64,000 nt of DNA from NCBI RefSeq assembly GCF_002113885.1, contig NW_018408904.1, positions 374,034 to 438,033 of the forward strand. Direction: 5' to 3'. This DNA is from Mizuhopecten yessoensis. Its lineage: Eukaryota. The first letter of the stretch is position 1. Each line of letters opens with the position of its first letter. A program made the position numbers and the translations under genes. Of this stretch, positions 23,901 through 35,427 are shown in pieces. Under the pieces are notes generated by a model. The model did not search any database, was not told the origin of the DNA, and saw only the letters and a program-made list of their open reading frames with translations.

Positions 23901-26239
23901 GACTGTCATATCACACTTGTTTAACAATCTCTCGGTGACTGTCATTTCACCCTTGTTTAACAATCTCTCGGCAACTGTCATTTCACACTTGTTTAACAAT
24001 TTCTCGGTGACTGTCATTTCACACTTGTTTGACAATACACTTGTTTAACAATTTCTCGGTGACTGTCATTTCACACTTGTTAAAAAATTTCTCGGTGACT
24101 ATCATTTCACACTTGTTTGACAATCTCTCGGTGACTGTCATTTCACACTTGTTAAACAATATCTCTGTGACTGTCATTTCACACTTGTTTGACAATCTCT
24201 CAGTGACTGTCATTTCACACTTGTTTAACAATCTCTCGGTGACTCATTTCACACTTGTTTAAAAATCTCTCGGTGACTGTCATTTCACACTTGTTTGACA
24301 ATACACTTGTTTAACAATTTCTCGGTGACTGTCATTTCACACTTGTTAAAAAATTTCTCGGTGACTATCATTTCACACTTGTTTGACAATCTCTCGGGGA
24401 CTGTCATTTCACACTTGTTAAACAATCTCTCGGTGACTGTCATTTCACACTTGTTAAACAATCTCTCGGTGATTGTCATTTCACCCTTGTTTGACAATCT
24501 CTTGGTGACTGTCATTTCACACTTGTTTAACAATCTCTCGGTGACTGTCATTTCGCACTTGTTTAACGATCTCTCGGCAACTGTCATTTCACACTTGTTT
24601 AACAATTTCCCGGTGACTGTCATTTCACACTTGTTAAACAATTTCTCGGTGACTATCATTTCACACTTGTTTGACAATCTCTCGGTGATTGTCATTTCAC
24701 ACTTGTTTAACAATTTCTCGGTGACTGTCATTCCACACTTGTTAAAAAATTTCTCGGTGACTATCATTTCACAGTTGTTTGACAATCTCTCGGTGACTGT
24801 CATATCACACTTGTTTAACAATATCTCGGTGACTGTCATTTCACACTTGTTTAACAATCTCTTGGTGATTGTCATTTCACACTTGTTTAACAATCTCTCG
24901 GTGACTGTCATTTCACCCTTGTTTAACAAGCTCTCGGTGACTGTCAATTCACCCTTGTTTAACAATATCTCGGTGACTGTTATTTCACACTTGTTTTACA
25001 ATCTCTCGGTGACTGTCAATTCACCCTTGTTTAACAATATCTCGGTGACTGTCATGTCACACTTGTTTAACAATATCTCGGTGACTGTTATTTCACACTT
25101 GTTTACCAATCTCTCGGTGACTGTCTTTTCACCCTTGTTTGACAATCTCTCGGCTGTCATTTCACACTAGTTAAACAATTTCTCGGAGACTGTCATTTCA
25201 CACTTGTTTGACAATCTCTCGGTGACTGTCATTTAACACTTGTTTAACGATCTCTCGGCAACTGTCATTTCACCCTTGTTTAACAATCTCTCGGTGACTG
25301 TCATTTCACACTTGTTAAACAATTTCTCGGTGACTGTCATTTCACACTTGTTTGGCAATCTCTCGGTGACTGTCATTTCACACTTGTTTGACAATCTCTC
25401 GGTGACTGTCATTTCACACTTGTTTAACAATTTCTCGGTGTCTGTCATTTCACACTTGTTTAACAATTTCTCGGTGACTGTCATTTCCCACTTGTTTGGC
25501 AATCTCTCGGTGACTGTCTGTTAAACAATATCTCTGTGACTGTCATTTCACACTTGTTTAACAATCTCTCGGTGACTGTCATTTCAACCTTGTTAACACA
25601 ATCTTGATCAACAAATTCGCAATGTTAACACAAGGAATGATTAGATTTTGTTTTATTATGAAATTTTTCCTTTCTTGTTTAAAGTGATCTAGTATTGCTT
25701 TTGGATCGCTCTGAGGTGATTTTATAAAAAAAAGTTATGTTTCATGAAAAATAAATCAATATATGATATGCAGTGTTGCTTATAATGCACTCAGATGATG
25801 TGTTAATGTACTTTCGTTATATGTATCACCTAGAATGTAAAGCAGTTCATCCAAATACTTGAATTTGTATAAAGATGGTACATAATTATGTGTCAATGTG
25901 TAGAACCGTTTTACTGCGTTGTTAAAGATTATCGTTTTTTTTCATAAACTGCTTACACTGTAGACACACACATACATCCATGTAACCTTAGTATACATTT
26001 ACAACACACATGTAGCTTTATATTCTGTTGCAACACTTTAGTAATAATACATCTTAAAAATATAGATGTTTTTATGTAATAGTCCGTTGATTATTTTGTG
26101 AATAAATGGTTTACACTTAGATAGCATGATCAATAGGTGTGGTTACGCGAGACAGATATCGTGCACACTTACCTTGTGTCTCACCCACAGCGAGGAGGAT
26201 CATTATCTTCAGTGCCACAGTCCATACACGTGTCTTCAT
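11935..26239 (-). CDS. Ionotropic receptor (iGluR superfamily), IR25a/IR8a co-receptor-like, 13 exons, ~804 aa
   Basis: Hand-built exons (minus): 26173-26239 (signal peptide MKTRVWTVALKIMILLAVGETQ), 18899-18985, 18174-18407, 17695-17867, 17323-17460, 16910-17002, 15605-15670, 15275-15373 (VGVW...LRVVTI), 14839-15030 (HPPY...GYAVELL), 14315-14630 (ADMVIGPIGVTKERGTMVDF + M1), 13220-13787 (M3 SAFTANLASF; VWDYPVRDTFTKIWQSM, IR25a-like; C...GFALKKDS), 12347-12563 (KRKWW...C, M4), 11935-12099. All junctions are GT-AG, phases match, and the total of 2415 nt is open. The exon 4 donor is the least certain. Confidence 0.88.
15972..16930. repeat. Intronic minisatellite (51-bp units, ~9 young copies at 15972-16420; older ~56-60-bp units up to the exon 6 donor)
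   Basis: Unit AAGTGATCAACCCCACATACTTACTTATCATTACCTGTTTAGTCAAGAGCA. It resembles the exon 6/intron 6 junction ATTACCTGTTTTAATTCCGAGCGAAGTGAC. Confidence 0.85.
19159..21844. repeat. 42-bp minisatellite (~64 units) in IR intron 1
   Basis: Unit GTGACACGTGATGTCAAGACACGTATACCCGGTATTAAAGCT. Occasional 41-bp and truncated variants break the reading frames. Confidence 0.95.
22550..25596. repeat. 36-bp minisatellite (~80 units) in IR intron 1, with higher-order blocks
   Basis: Unit TGTCATTTCACACTTGTTTAACAATCTCTCGGTGAC. The truncated variant TTTGACAATACACTTG recurs at ~23331, 24028 and 24294, and the TTTAGCGATC/CAGTTG/TCAACC block recurs at ~22715 and ~23780. Confidence 0.95.
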
Positions 26240-26322
26240 CTTCGTACAACGGTCCGAATGTCTTACACGTGGACACATCTTCGTACAACGGTCCGAATGT
26301 CTTACACGTGGACACATCTTCG
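26237..26322. repeat. 39-bp tandem duplication directly upstream of and including the IR start codon
   Basis: CATCTTCGTACAACGGTCCGAATGTCTTACACGTGGACA x2 plus a partial third copy. It gives in-frame MCPRVRHSDRCTK x2 before MKTRVW. Confidence 0.85.
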
Positions 26323-27655
26323 TCTTCTTAAAGGGTTCCATACGATTCTTTTACATACCAACACACAACCTCATCACGTGCACGATCTAGACTAACACAG
26401 GAAGAAAAAACGTACTGACAGTAGGACTAACATGGTGTGGTCCTGCCAGCAGGATAACGGCTATCTGAACTTTATCATTGCCCTTTTATTCATTTGTATT
26501 TGGCTTTTATTTCACATAATGGAAGCTTCGATATCTTGGTAACCCCTACCTCTGGTGATACCAATAATACAATCAATCCTGTTTTGTTAATTTTTCATTT
26601 TCAATTCTCAATTAGACGTTTCAAAAACAAAATAGGGAAAAATCAATAGCAGAAAGTGCATCAAAACCAGGGATTTATAGATAAAACATTCAAGACGCCA
26701 AAATTTAACTGAAAAAAATCAATTAAATACATATATCCAGACACACAACAAGGAAAAACAGGATGCCTTTTGAATTATAAAATCAGGGAATTATACTAAA
26801 ATCATATAACGATAAAATGAAAAAAATAGATATAGTTTTTATCCTGAAAAATTGAAGGTGAAGAATTAAGAGCAATGCTAAATTTTCACAGTAATAAATC
26901 ACAAACTTATCTACATTATTAATATTATAGCAACGAAAATTATTTACAAGACCGACCGATATGTGATATTGTTACGATAACACAATAACATACGTTAAAT
27001 CAACAACAAATAGGTATAATTTTATAGTAGAACACCACCCAACATTCCAAGGTTACTGGCGTGCATTGGGTCCCATTGGTAAAAACTCACGTGTTAGAAG
27101 CGTAGCGATGATTACAGAGGCTGTTTGTGTACGATTTCGAATGATAAGACATCCCATCAAACACAGGAAATCTTGTTAAGGCATTTCGTACCAGCATCAC
27201 CTTGCCGAGTTACCTTTACAGCCATAGTATCGATCGACCTCGGGCAGAATGTTTACCGAATGTGAGTTTGTAGACCTAATATTAATTGATGAAGGATTAT
27301 TGAACAAGATCAATTGGACATAGTGCCTTTAGCATTTAATGCTATTATTACTGCTGCACGATAAATCAATGACTTCTGGACATTAGGTACTTAATACATG
27401 AAATATTTTGATACTGTAAATGGATTTTCAGATCCGAATAACAATTAACATGGTTCCCAGTTATGTCGGTCGTGTGACTGTCCGTATACGGTTAATCAAA
27501 TATTTATTTTGGTAAATTAATTTACACCGGACGCACTGGTCCTGTAAGGTTAGTTTAGAAGATCACTTGGGGTTCAATATGTGAGCAGTTAATCAGTATG
27601 GACCTTTTAAAACAGCATGATAGCAAAACGCGTCCCTTTGTAAGTTATGTATGTA

Positions 27656-28369
27656 AAAAGAGGCCCATGGGCCTTAACGGTCACCTGAGTTATGTAAAGA
27701 CTGATGTTATCGATGTTGCCAAATGAAAAAGAAATAATTTGTAACAAAGGTAACTTGAACTACATTTAATGCAAAAGTAGTGTGAAAGATCTGGGTAGTA
27801 TTTGTACTATGTACACAAATAGTGGTTCTATCTGTCAGCTGAATTTTGGTAAAGCACCTTAAGACCCTTCCATCTATGAAGAGTATACGATTCTACCATA
27901 TCTGGATCTTGAGAGGAAGATTTTTGAAATTTTAATCAATTTGACCCTTTTCGGCAACGCCCCTAAGGCCCCTAAGGCCCCTGTGGGCTCGGGACCATAT
28001 AATTCACAAGTAAACCATAGTAAAGTTTACCCCCTCCGCAGGGGCAAACGTGAGACCCCAGGGTCATCAAATTCACAATTTTGGTAAAGCGCATTGAGAC
28101 CCTCCATCTATGAAGAGTATTTGATTCTACCATATCTGGTTCTTGAGAAGAAACTTTTTGAAATTTCAGTCAATTCGACCTTTTTTGGCCCCACCCCTCA
28201 GGCCCCTGAGGGCTGGGGACCATATAATTCATAATTTTGGCCATGGAAGGCTTCTGCAAAATCTCATTGAAATTGGTTCAGGGGTTTTGGAGAAGAAGTC
28301 GAAAATGTTGATTGTTTACGTATATTGTTAGTTTCATATTTTGACAATAATGAGCCAGGTGAACTTAAA
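27656..28369 (+). mobile_element. HINE-like non-autonomous element with two ~235-bp cores
   Basis: 5' AAGAGGCCCATGGGCCTTAACGGTCACCTGAG. The core AATTTTGGTAAAGC...CCATCTATGAAGAGTAT...CTACCATATCTGG occurs at ~27842 and ~28077. 3' end GCCAGGTGAACTTAAA. Confidence 0.65.
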
Positions 28370-28435
28370 GCTACTAGACAACTAAGGCATATACTTGAAT
28401 ATATACAGAAAGTAAAACAAAGTAAGCGTGTTACT

Positions 28436-31339
28436 GTCAGTGGTACTGTACCTTATGGTCAGTGGTACTGTACCTTATGGTCAGTGGTACTGTACCTGTC
28501 AGTGGTACTGTAAATTATGGTCAGTGGTACTGTACCTGTCAGTGGTACTGTACCTTTTGGTCATTCCGTCCATTTAGAACTTGTCAGTGGTACTGTACCT
28601 TTTGGCCATTCCGTCCATTTAGAACCTGTCAGTGGTACTGTACCTTTTGGTCATTCCGTCCATCTAGAACGTGTCAGTGGTACTGTACCTTATGGTCATT
28701 CCGTCCATTTAGAACCTGTCAGTGGTACTGTACCTTATGGTCATTCCGTCCATTTAGAACCTGTCAGTGGTACTGTACCTTATGGTCATTCCGTCCATTT
28801 AGAACCTGTCAGTGGTACTGTACCTTATGGTCATTCCGTCCATTTAGAACCTGTCAGTGGTACTGTACCTTATGGTCATTCCGTCCATTTAGAACCTGTC
28901 AGTGGTACTGTACCTTATGGTCATTCCGTCCATTTAGAACCTGTCAGTGGTACTGTACCTTATGGTCATTCCGTCCATTTAGAACCTGTCAGTGGTACTG
29001 TACCTTATGGTCATTCCGTCCATTTAGAACCTGTCAGTGGTACTGTACCTTATGGTCATTCCGTCCATTTAGAACCTGTCAGTGGTACTGTACCTTATGG
29101 TCATTCCGTCCATTTAGAACCTGTCAGTGGTACTGTACCTTATGGTCATTCCGTCCATTTAGAACCTGTCAGTGGTACTGTACCTTATGGTCATTCCGTC
29201 CATTTAGAACCTGTCAGTGGTACTGTACCTTATGGTCATTCCGTCCATTTAGAACCTGTCAGTGGTACTGTACCTTATGGTCATTCCGTCCATTTAGAAC
29301 CTGTCAGTGGTACTGTACCTTATGGTCATTCCGTCCATTTAGAACCTGTCAGTGGTACTGTACCTTATGGTCATTCCGTCCATTTAGAACCTGTCAGTGG
29401 TACTGTACCTTATGGTCATTCCGTCCATTTAGAACCTGTCAGTGGTACTGTACCTTATGGTCATTCCGTCCATTTAGAACCTGTCAGTGGTACTGTACCT
29501 TATGGTCATTCCGTCCATTTAGAACCTGTCAGTGGTACTGTACCTTATGGTCATTCCGTCCATTTAGAACCTGTCAGTGGTACTGTACCTTATGGTCATT
29601 CCGTCCATTTAGAACCTGTCAGTGGTACTGTACCTTATGGTCATTCCGTCCATTTAGAACCTGTCAGTGGTACTGTACCTTATGGTCATTCCGTCCATTT
29701 AGAACCTGTCAGTGGTACTGTACCTTATGGTCATTCCGTCCATTTAGAACCTGTCAGTGGTACTGTACCTTATGGTCATTCCGTCCATTTAGAACCTGTC
29801 AGTGGTACTGTACCTTATGGTCATTCCGTCCATTTAGAACCTGTCAGTGGTACTGTACCTTATGGTCATTCCGTCCATTTAGAACCTGTCAGTGGTACTG
29901 TACCTTATGGTCATTCCGTCCATTTAGAACCTGTCAGTGGTACTGTACCTTATGGTCATTCCGTCCATTTAGAACCTGTCAGTGGTACTGTACCTTATGG
30001 TCATTCCGTCCATTTAGAACCTGTCAGTGGTACTGTACCTTATGGTCATTCCGTCCATTTAGAACCTGTCAGTGGTACTGTACCTTATGGTCATTCCGTC
30101 CATTTAGAACCTGTCAGTGGTACTGTACCTTATGGTCATTCCGTCCATTTAGAACCTGTCAGTGGTACTGTACCTTATGGTCATTCCGTCCATTTAGAAC
30201 CTGTCAGTGGTACTGTACCTTATGGTCATTCCGTCCATTTAGAACCTGTCAGTGGTACTGTACCTTATGGTCATTCCGTCCATTTAGAACCTGTCAGTGG
30301 TACTGTACCTTATGGTCATTCCGTCCATTTAGAACCTGTCAGTGGTACTGTACCTTATGGTCATTCCGTCCATTTAGAACCTGTCAGTGGTACTGTACCT
30401 TATGGTCATTCCGTCCATTTAGAACCTGTCAGTGGTACTGTACCTTATGGTCATTCCGTCCATTTAGAACCTGTCAGTGGTACTGTACCTTATGGTCATT
30501 CCGTCCATTTAGAACCTGTCAGTGGTACTGTACCTTATGGTCATTCCGTCCATTTAGAACCTGTCAGTGGTACTGTACCTTATGGTCATTCCGTCCATTT
30601 AGAACCTGTCAGTGGTACTGTACCTTATGGTCATTCCGTCCATTTAGAACCTGTCAGTGGTACTGTACCTTATGGTCATTCCGTCCATTTAGAACCTGTC
30701 AGTGGTACTGTACCTTATGGTCATTCCGTCCATTTAGAACCTGTCAGTGGTACTGTACCTTATGGTCATTCCGTCCATTTAGAACCTGTCAGTGGTACTG
30801 TACCTTATGGTCATTCCGTCCATTTAGAACCTGTCAGTGGTACTGTACCTTATGGTCATTCCGTCCATTTAGAACCTGTCAGTGGTACTGTACCTTATGG
30901 TCATTCCGTCCATTTAGAACCTGTCAGTGGTACTGTACCTTTTGGTCATTCCGTCCATTTAGAACCTGTCAGTGGTACTGTACCTTATGGTCATTCCGTC
31001 CATTTAGAACCTGTCAGTGGTACTGTACCTTATGGTCATTCCGTCCATTTAGAACCTGTCAGTGGTACTGTACCTTATGGTCATTCCGTCCATTTAGAAC
31101 CTGTCAGTGGTACTGTACCTTATGGTCATTCCGTCCATTTAGAACCTGTCAGTGGTACTGTACCTTATGGTCATTCCGTCCATTTAGAACCTGTCAGTGG
31201 TACTGTACCTTATGGTCATTCCGTCCATTTAGAACCTGTCAGTGGTACTTTACCTTATGGTCATTCCGTCCATTTAAAACCTGTCAGTGGTACTGTACCT
31301 TTTGGTCATTCCGTCCATTTAGAACCTGTCAGTGGTACT
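28436..31339. repeat. Near-perfect 45-bp satellite (~62 units) preceded by 18-22-bp precursor monomers
   Basis: Unit CCTGTCAGTGGTACTGTACCTTATGGTCATTCCGTCCATTTAGAA, identical from ~28680 to ~30930. Variants occur only at the edges. Confidence 0.97.
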
Positions 31340-31889
31340 AAATGTCAAAACAATGGAAACCTATGTCAGAAGTGATCGGAAACATATGCCGAATAAAGAA
31401 AAAAGAGAATGGTGCTAATAAAACTTCTCACGCCGTTCAATATATATTAAGATAGTTATAAATAAACACAAAAGTCAATACATTGAACACTCCATAGTAA
31501 GTGTCAACACCCACTGATAATAAACGTTCTCTGTCTAGGATTAAAGAAATTCCCCGAAATGACTGTTTCGATGCAAGAAGCATTTGTGAAATAATTCATT
31601 TATAGAAATATCAAATTCATTTTTGAAAAGATTTTCTTCGGTTCAATGTGTATAATAGAAAATGTTTATTTAAAATATCAAACCAATCCAAATGTAGGCA
31701 GTATTAATACTGATCTTTGTTAGCATGGCTGTCGTCTGTTACACTTTTAATCGAGGTATTATAATGTCCTATTTGTCCTTTTTTTTCATATATATTAATC
31801 TTTGCATAAAATGTTTTCTATTATTCTATGATTTGTTCAACATGTTTAATCAATTGGATAATCCTGTATTATGTTACGTTTGAATACAG

Positions 31890-32660
31890 CCCCCAAAATC
31901 GATAAAGTGCATTTTCTTTCGAACAACTTTGTGTTCCGAATTGGTAAAATTGACAAAAAGACTTGGTTAAGAACTGCCCTGTAGTTTTGGGAAAAGTTGC
32001 TGAATAAGCTAATCAGCCAATTGGGCCACTTTTGACCCCTTTCCTCATCCCGAAGATTTGGTGTGGTTTTTAAGGTTTAGCGTCCCATTAACAGGTAAGG
32101 ATGTTTAACCCTAAAGCTGTTATTAGTCCCTTATTCTTTGTATGTTTTTATCCTCTAAGAATAAGGAAAGCAAAGTGCGATGAAATCTGTCTAGTAATTT
32201 GGGAAGAGGTGTCGTTTTCAGTAAATATACCAATTCAATCTCTCCCCAAGAAAGTTAGATCCTTTATAAGTATAAATTCTGATCCCCATGGACTAAGAAT
32301 ACTACGAACATAATTTGGTTGAAACATGCCAAATTGTTTGGGGGAGCTGTTTAATTAAATCAGCGAATGTGGTCCATTTATTTGTATAACTTTTATCATG
32401 GGCTGCCAACACAATTTTATTGAAACTGCCAATTGGTAAGAAAGTAATTATCATCTTAAACAAACCTGCTTTTTTAACCTCTGCCTTCAGCACTAAATAA
32501 GGGCCAACCCCTTTATTTGTATCACTGGATAAGGTATGCTACTACTAGAATTTGTTTGAATTCTGTTCAATGGTTTTGGAGAAAATGTCGTTAAAATTAA
32601 AAAATGTTAGACCGCCGCATAAGCTGAACTGGGTTCTTATTACCAGGTCAGCTAACAAAG
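31890..32660 (+). mobile_element. Highly eroded HINE-like remnant
   Basis: 3' AGCTGAACTGGG...CCAGGTCAGCTAACAA hairpin-like end at ~32622-32658, plus core-like TGGTTTTGGAGAAAATGTCG and GGGCCACTTTTGACCCC motifs. Confidence 0.35.
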
Positions 32661-33709
32661 TAAAGTACATATCCATCAAGTTAAGTATCTACACTACACT
32701 TATCTTATGGTATGGTGAAAGCTGATGCGTTTATCTTATGATGAGGAGTCAGATACACTACCGTGGTCATCATTTCCAGGAAATGGGAGATTTTTTTCAG
32801 GTTTACGACTCGGCGCCACGGTATACATGTCACGATACCTAGTCGGTTAGTTATCCCGATATTTCTGCAGGGAATCGAGAAATTGTCATTACATCTAAAT
32901 CACCATGTAAATCATCTTCCTATTCAAAATTAACTCCTCACATTAAATATAAACATTAGACAGACTTTCAGTTTTTAGATAATCCAAAAGACATGTTCAG
33001 CTCATGATGTTCCTAGTGGCACTTCATTTCTTTTGACTCACAACTGCCATGGTATTGCTAACGGTTCCAAAAAGGGATTGCATAGGTTTCTATTCCCATA
33101 TGCTTACAACATGAAATTGCTTGAAATTCACCTAATGAAGTACGTAGTTCAAGATTTCAGTCCAAACATGTTTTTTTTATTTCATCAAAATGTATATATA
33201 GCCCTTGCTGCTTGAAGGACGTTGTGTGAACTTGTATTAAATTCTGTTTTTAACAACGACAAACTGTAGCTCACTCTCCCCTATGGGAATCGGATTGTTT
33301 GATATTATTTCCCCATCAATATTATATTATAGAAATTTTCCCAAAGACAGCTTCACTTTGAGATTATCTGGGTTTGTTTTTATCATGCAGCTGGTGACGT
33401 TTGATTTCACTTGCGTGCTACTGTAGCGATTGAATGGCGTTACTTTCAATGTTCATGCAGGCATGAACGCATATTGGTTACATCCACTTCAATGTAAATA
33501 TATTGTACCCGACTTGTGTTCATATAAGCATGGACATTGACAAAGATGCCTTTTAATAATACATCTACATTCTCTTGGTAAACACGTAAATATCCTCTAA
33601 TATCAGTGATATTACACTAATTATATTGCGTTCGGACTTCATTGGAAATGGAAATGTATTCACATGAACCTGAATATTTACCAGAGCTACTCGAGAATGG
33701 ACAAACGCT

Positions 33710-34280
33710 AAGTCGGAATTAAACAAAGAGACACACTGAGGTAAAAAGTCGATTGACCAAAGGTCAAGATCATACGGTTCAAAGGTCAATGTCAAATTTT
33801 GCATCTTATCAGTGATGAACATTTTGTTATGACATTATGAAGCAATGTTGATCAGAACTAAACAAGGAGTCAATTGACAAAAGGCCTAGGTCACCAGGTC
33901 AGAGGTCAAGGTCAAATTTTGTTTCTTTTCCCTGATGATCATTTTGTTATGACATCATGAAGAAAAGTTAGTCTAAATTTAACAAAGAGTCAACTGACTT
34001 AAGGTGAAGGTCACTGGGTTAAAGGTGAAGGTCAAATTAAGTGTCTTTTCACTGGTGAACATTTCGTTATGACACTTTGAAGCAATCTTGGTCGGAATAA
34101 ACACGGAGTCATTTGACCAAAGGTCAAGGTCAAATTTTGTATCTTTTCACTGATGAACATTTTGTTAGGACATTATGAAGCAAAGTTGGTCGGAATTAAA
34201 GAAAAAGTAAAATGACCAAAGAGCAGGGTCACTGGGTTAAAGGTCAAGATGATTTGGGTACAAAGGTCAAAGACAAAGTG
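33710..34280. repeat. Degenerate ~120-bp tandem repeat (AAGGTCAAGGTCA-rich), probably a transposon internal core array
   Basis: AAAGGTCAAGGTCAAATTTTG...TGATGAACATTTTGTTATGACA recurs at ~33781, 33901, 34021, 34119 and 34238. Confidence 0.8.
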
Positions 34281-34619
34281 GATCTCTGACTTTGACCCTT
34301 ACTCTTGATGGAGGAGGTATTGAAGGTGAAATAAAACAAATCAAAGCTAACAAATGGTTATTGCACCGGTATTTACATTTCTGTTAGCCCAGCAAATATG
34401 GAGGTGGAAGGAAACAAGACTCACATTGTAGTACATGTAAAATGTATATTTTGCTTCCTTGCGATTCTTTTTGAAGTCAAAATGTCAAACGTCAAGCTCA
34501 GTTATATAGGCAGATTGCTTCTTGATGATTATGGGATATATATTGCCACAAGACGGGCCCTTACTGACCTGTCGGTGTACTAGTTTTGGTACTTGCTGCT
34601 TTCTGTTCAACTTAAAATA

Positions 34620-34850
34620 GGTAGCGGTAAGGACTGGCACCGATCGTCAGTGTGAATTCCGCTGAAGTACTGTGCTTGGTTTCTTTGGAATGGTATGTAA
34701 GTGAGGTAACATAAAAGTCGGTATCAGTTTCGCACGGAAACTAATAAACTAACATACCGCTCCCAGCACACAAGCATGCATTACACACACAGAAGCTCGT
34801 CTTGACCATAACTGTTAATAGGGCGCTAAATCAAATCATACAACCAATCC
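34620..34850 (+). mobile_element. Degenerate SINE (Meta-SINE-like) 3' part
   Basis: Similar to 45095-45341: ...AGTGAG..A.CATAAAAGTCGG.ATCAG...ACACAC...CGTC.T...ACTGTTAATAGG..CTAAA followed by a CAA-rich tail. Confidence 0.45.
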
Positions 34851-35427
34851 TCAATTCTACTAATTATATTGTACGCCACACGATAGTTGACTGCTGGTTA
34901 GCGGTCACTCCCATAATTGACACAAAACACTTGCTTTAGAATTAATCATCTCTTTTAGTCAAAGGTTGTAAATTGATATATTTCTACATAATCAGAAATG
35001 CATGAATTGGCTTTATATGTCTCTATGACTGATGAGTCCTTAATGGACAAAATGGTGCAGTAAACCAGTTTATATGGTAGACCCTTTCTTGCTTTTTAGA
35101 TTTTTTTTTAATTATTAAAAAAACAAAACTACCACTATCCAAAACTTCTTTAACTTCATACTTTGACATCTACATATAGAATAGTTGACTCACCACCAAA
35201 GAACAAATGATGAACGTGACAATTTGATGAGCGATGGCGACCCACACATTATCCTGGATTTTGACATGACCAGTGTTAGCATGATGGGATATGCATGTGG
35301 TAAGGAGTCCAGGTCTAGTTTGCTAGAGTTATTTATCAACTTATCAACTGATTTCCTTTCTTGTCCTGTCTTGATGTTATGGCATTGTCTCCATATTTCT
35401 TGATGTTTTCTGCCATATATTGAAGAT

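Noticed and set aside
19113-25524. Many long repetitive ORFs on both strands
   Set aside because: They lie in IR intron 1 and are repeatedly broken by 41-bp or truncated units, so they are minisatellite artefacts.
8600-31339. CRISPR-like appearance of 27-51-bp repeats
   Set aside because: Units are directly adjacent with no unique spacers, there are no cas genes, and the context is eukaryotic.
28462-31375. 959-aa and 952-aa ORFs (Cys/Trp-rich and VSGTVPYGHSVHLEP repeats)
   Set aside because: They are translations of a perfect 45-bp satellite in overlapping frames, with no unique domain, signal peptide or synonymous variation.
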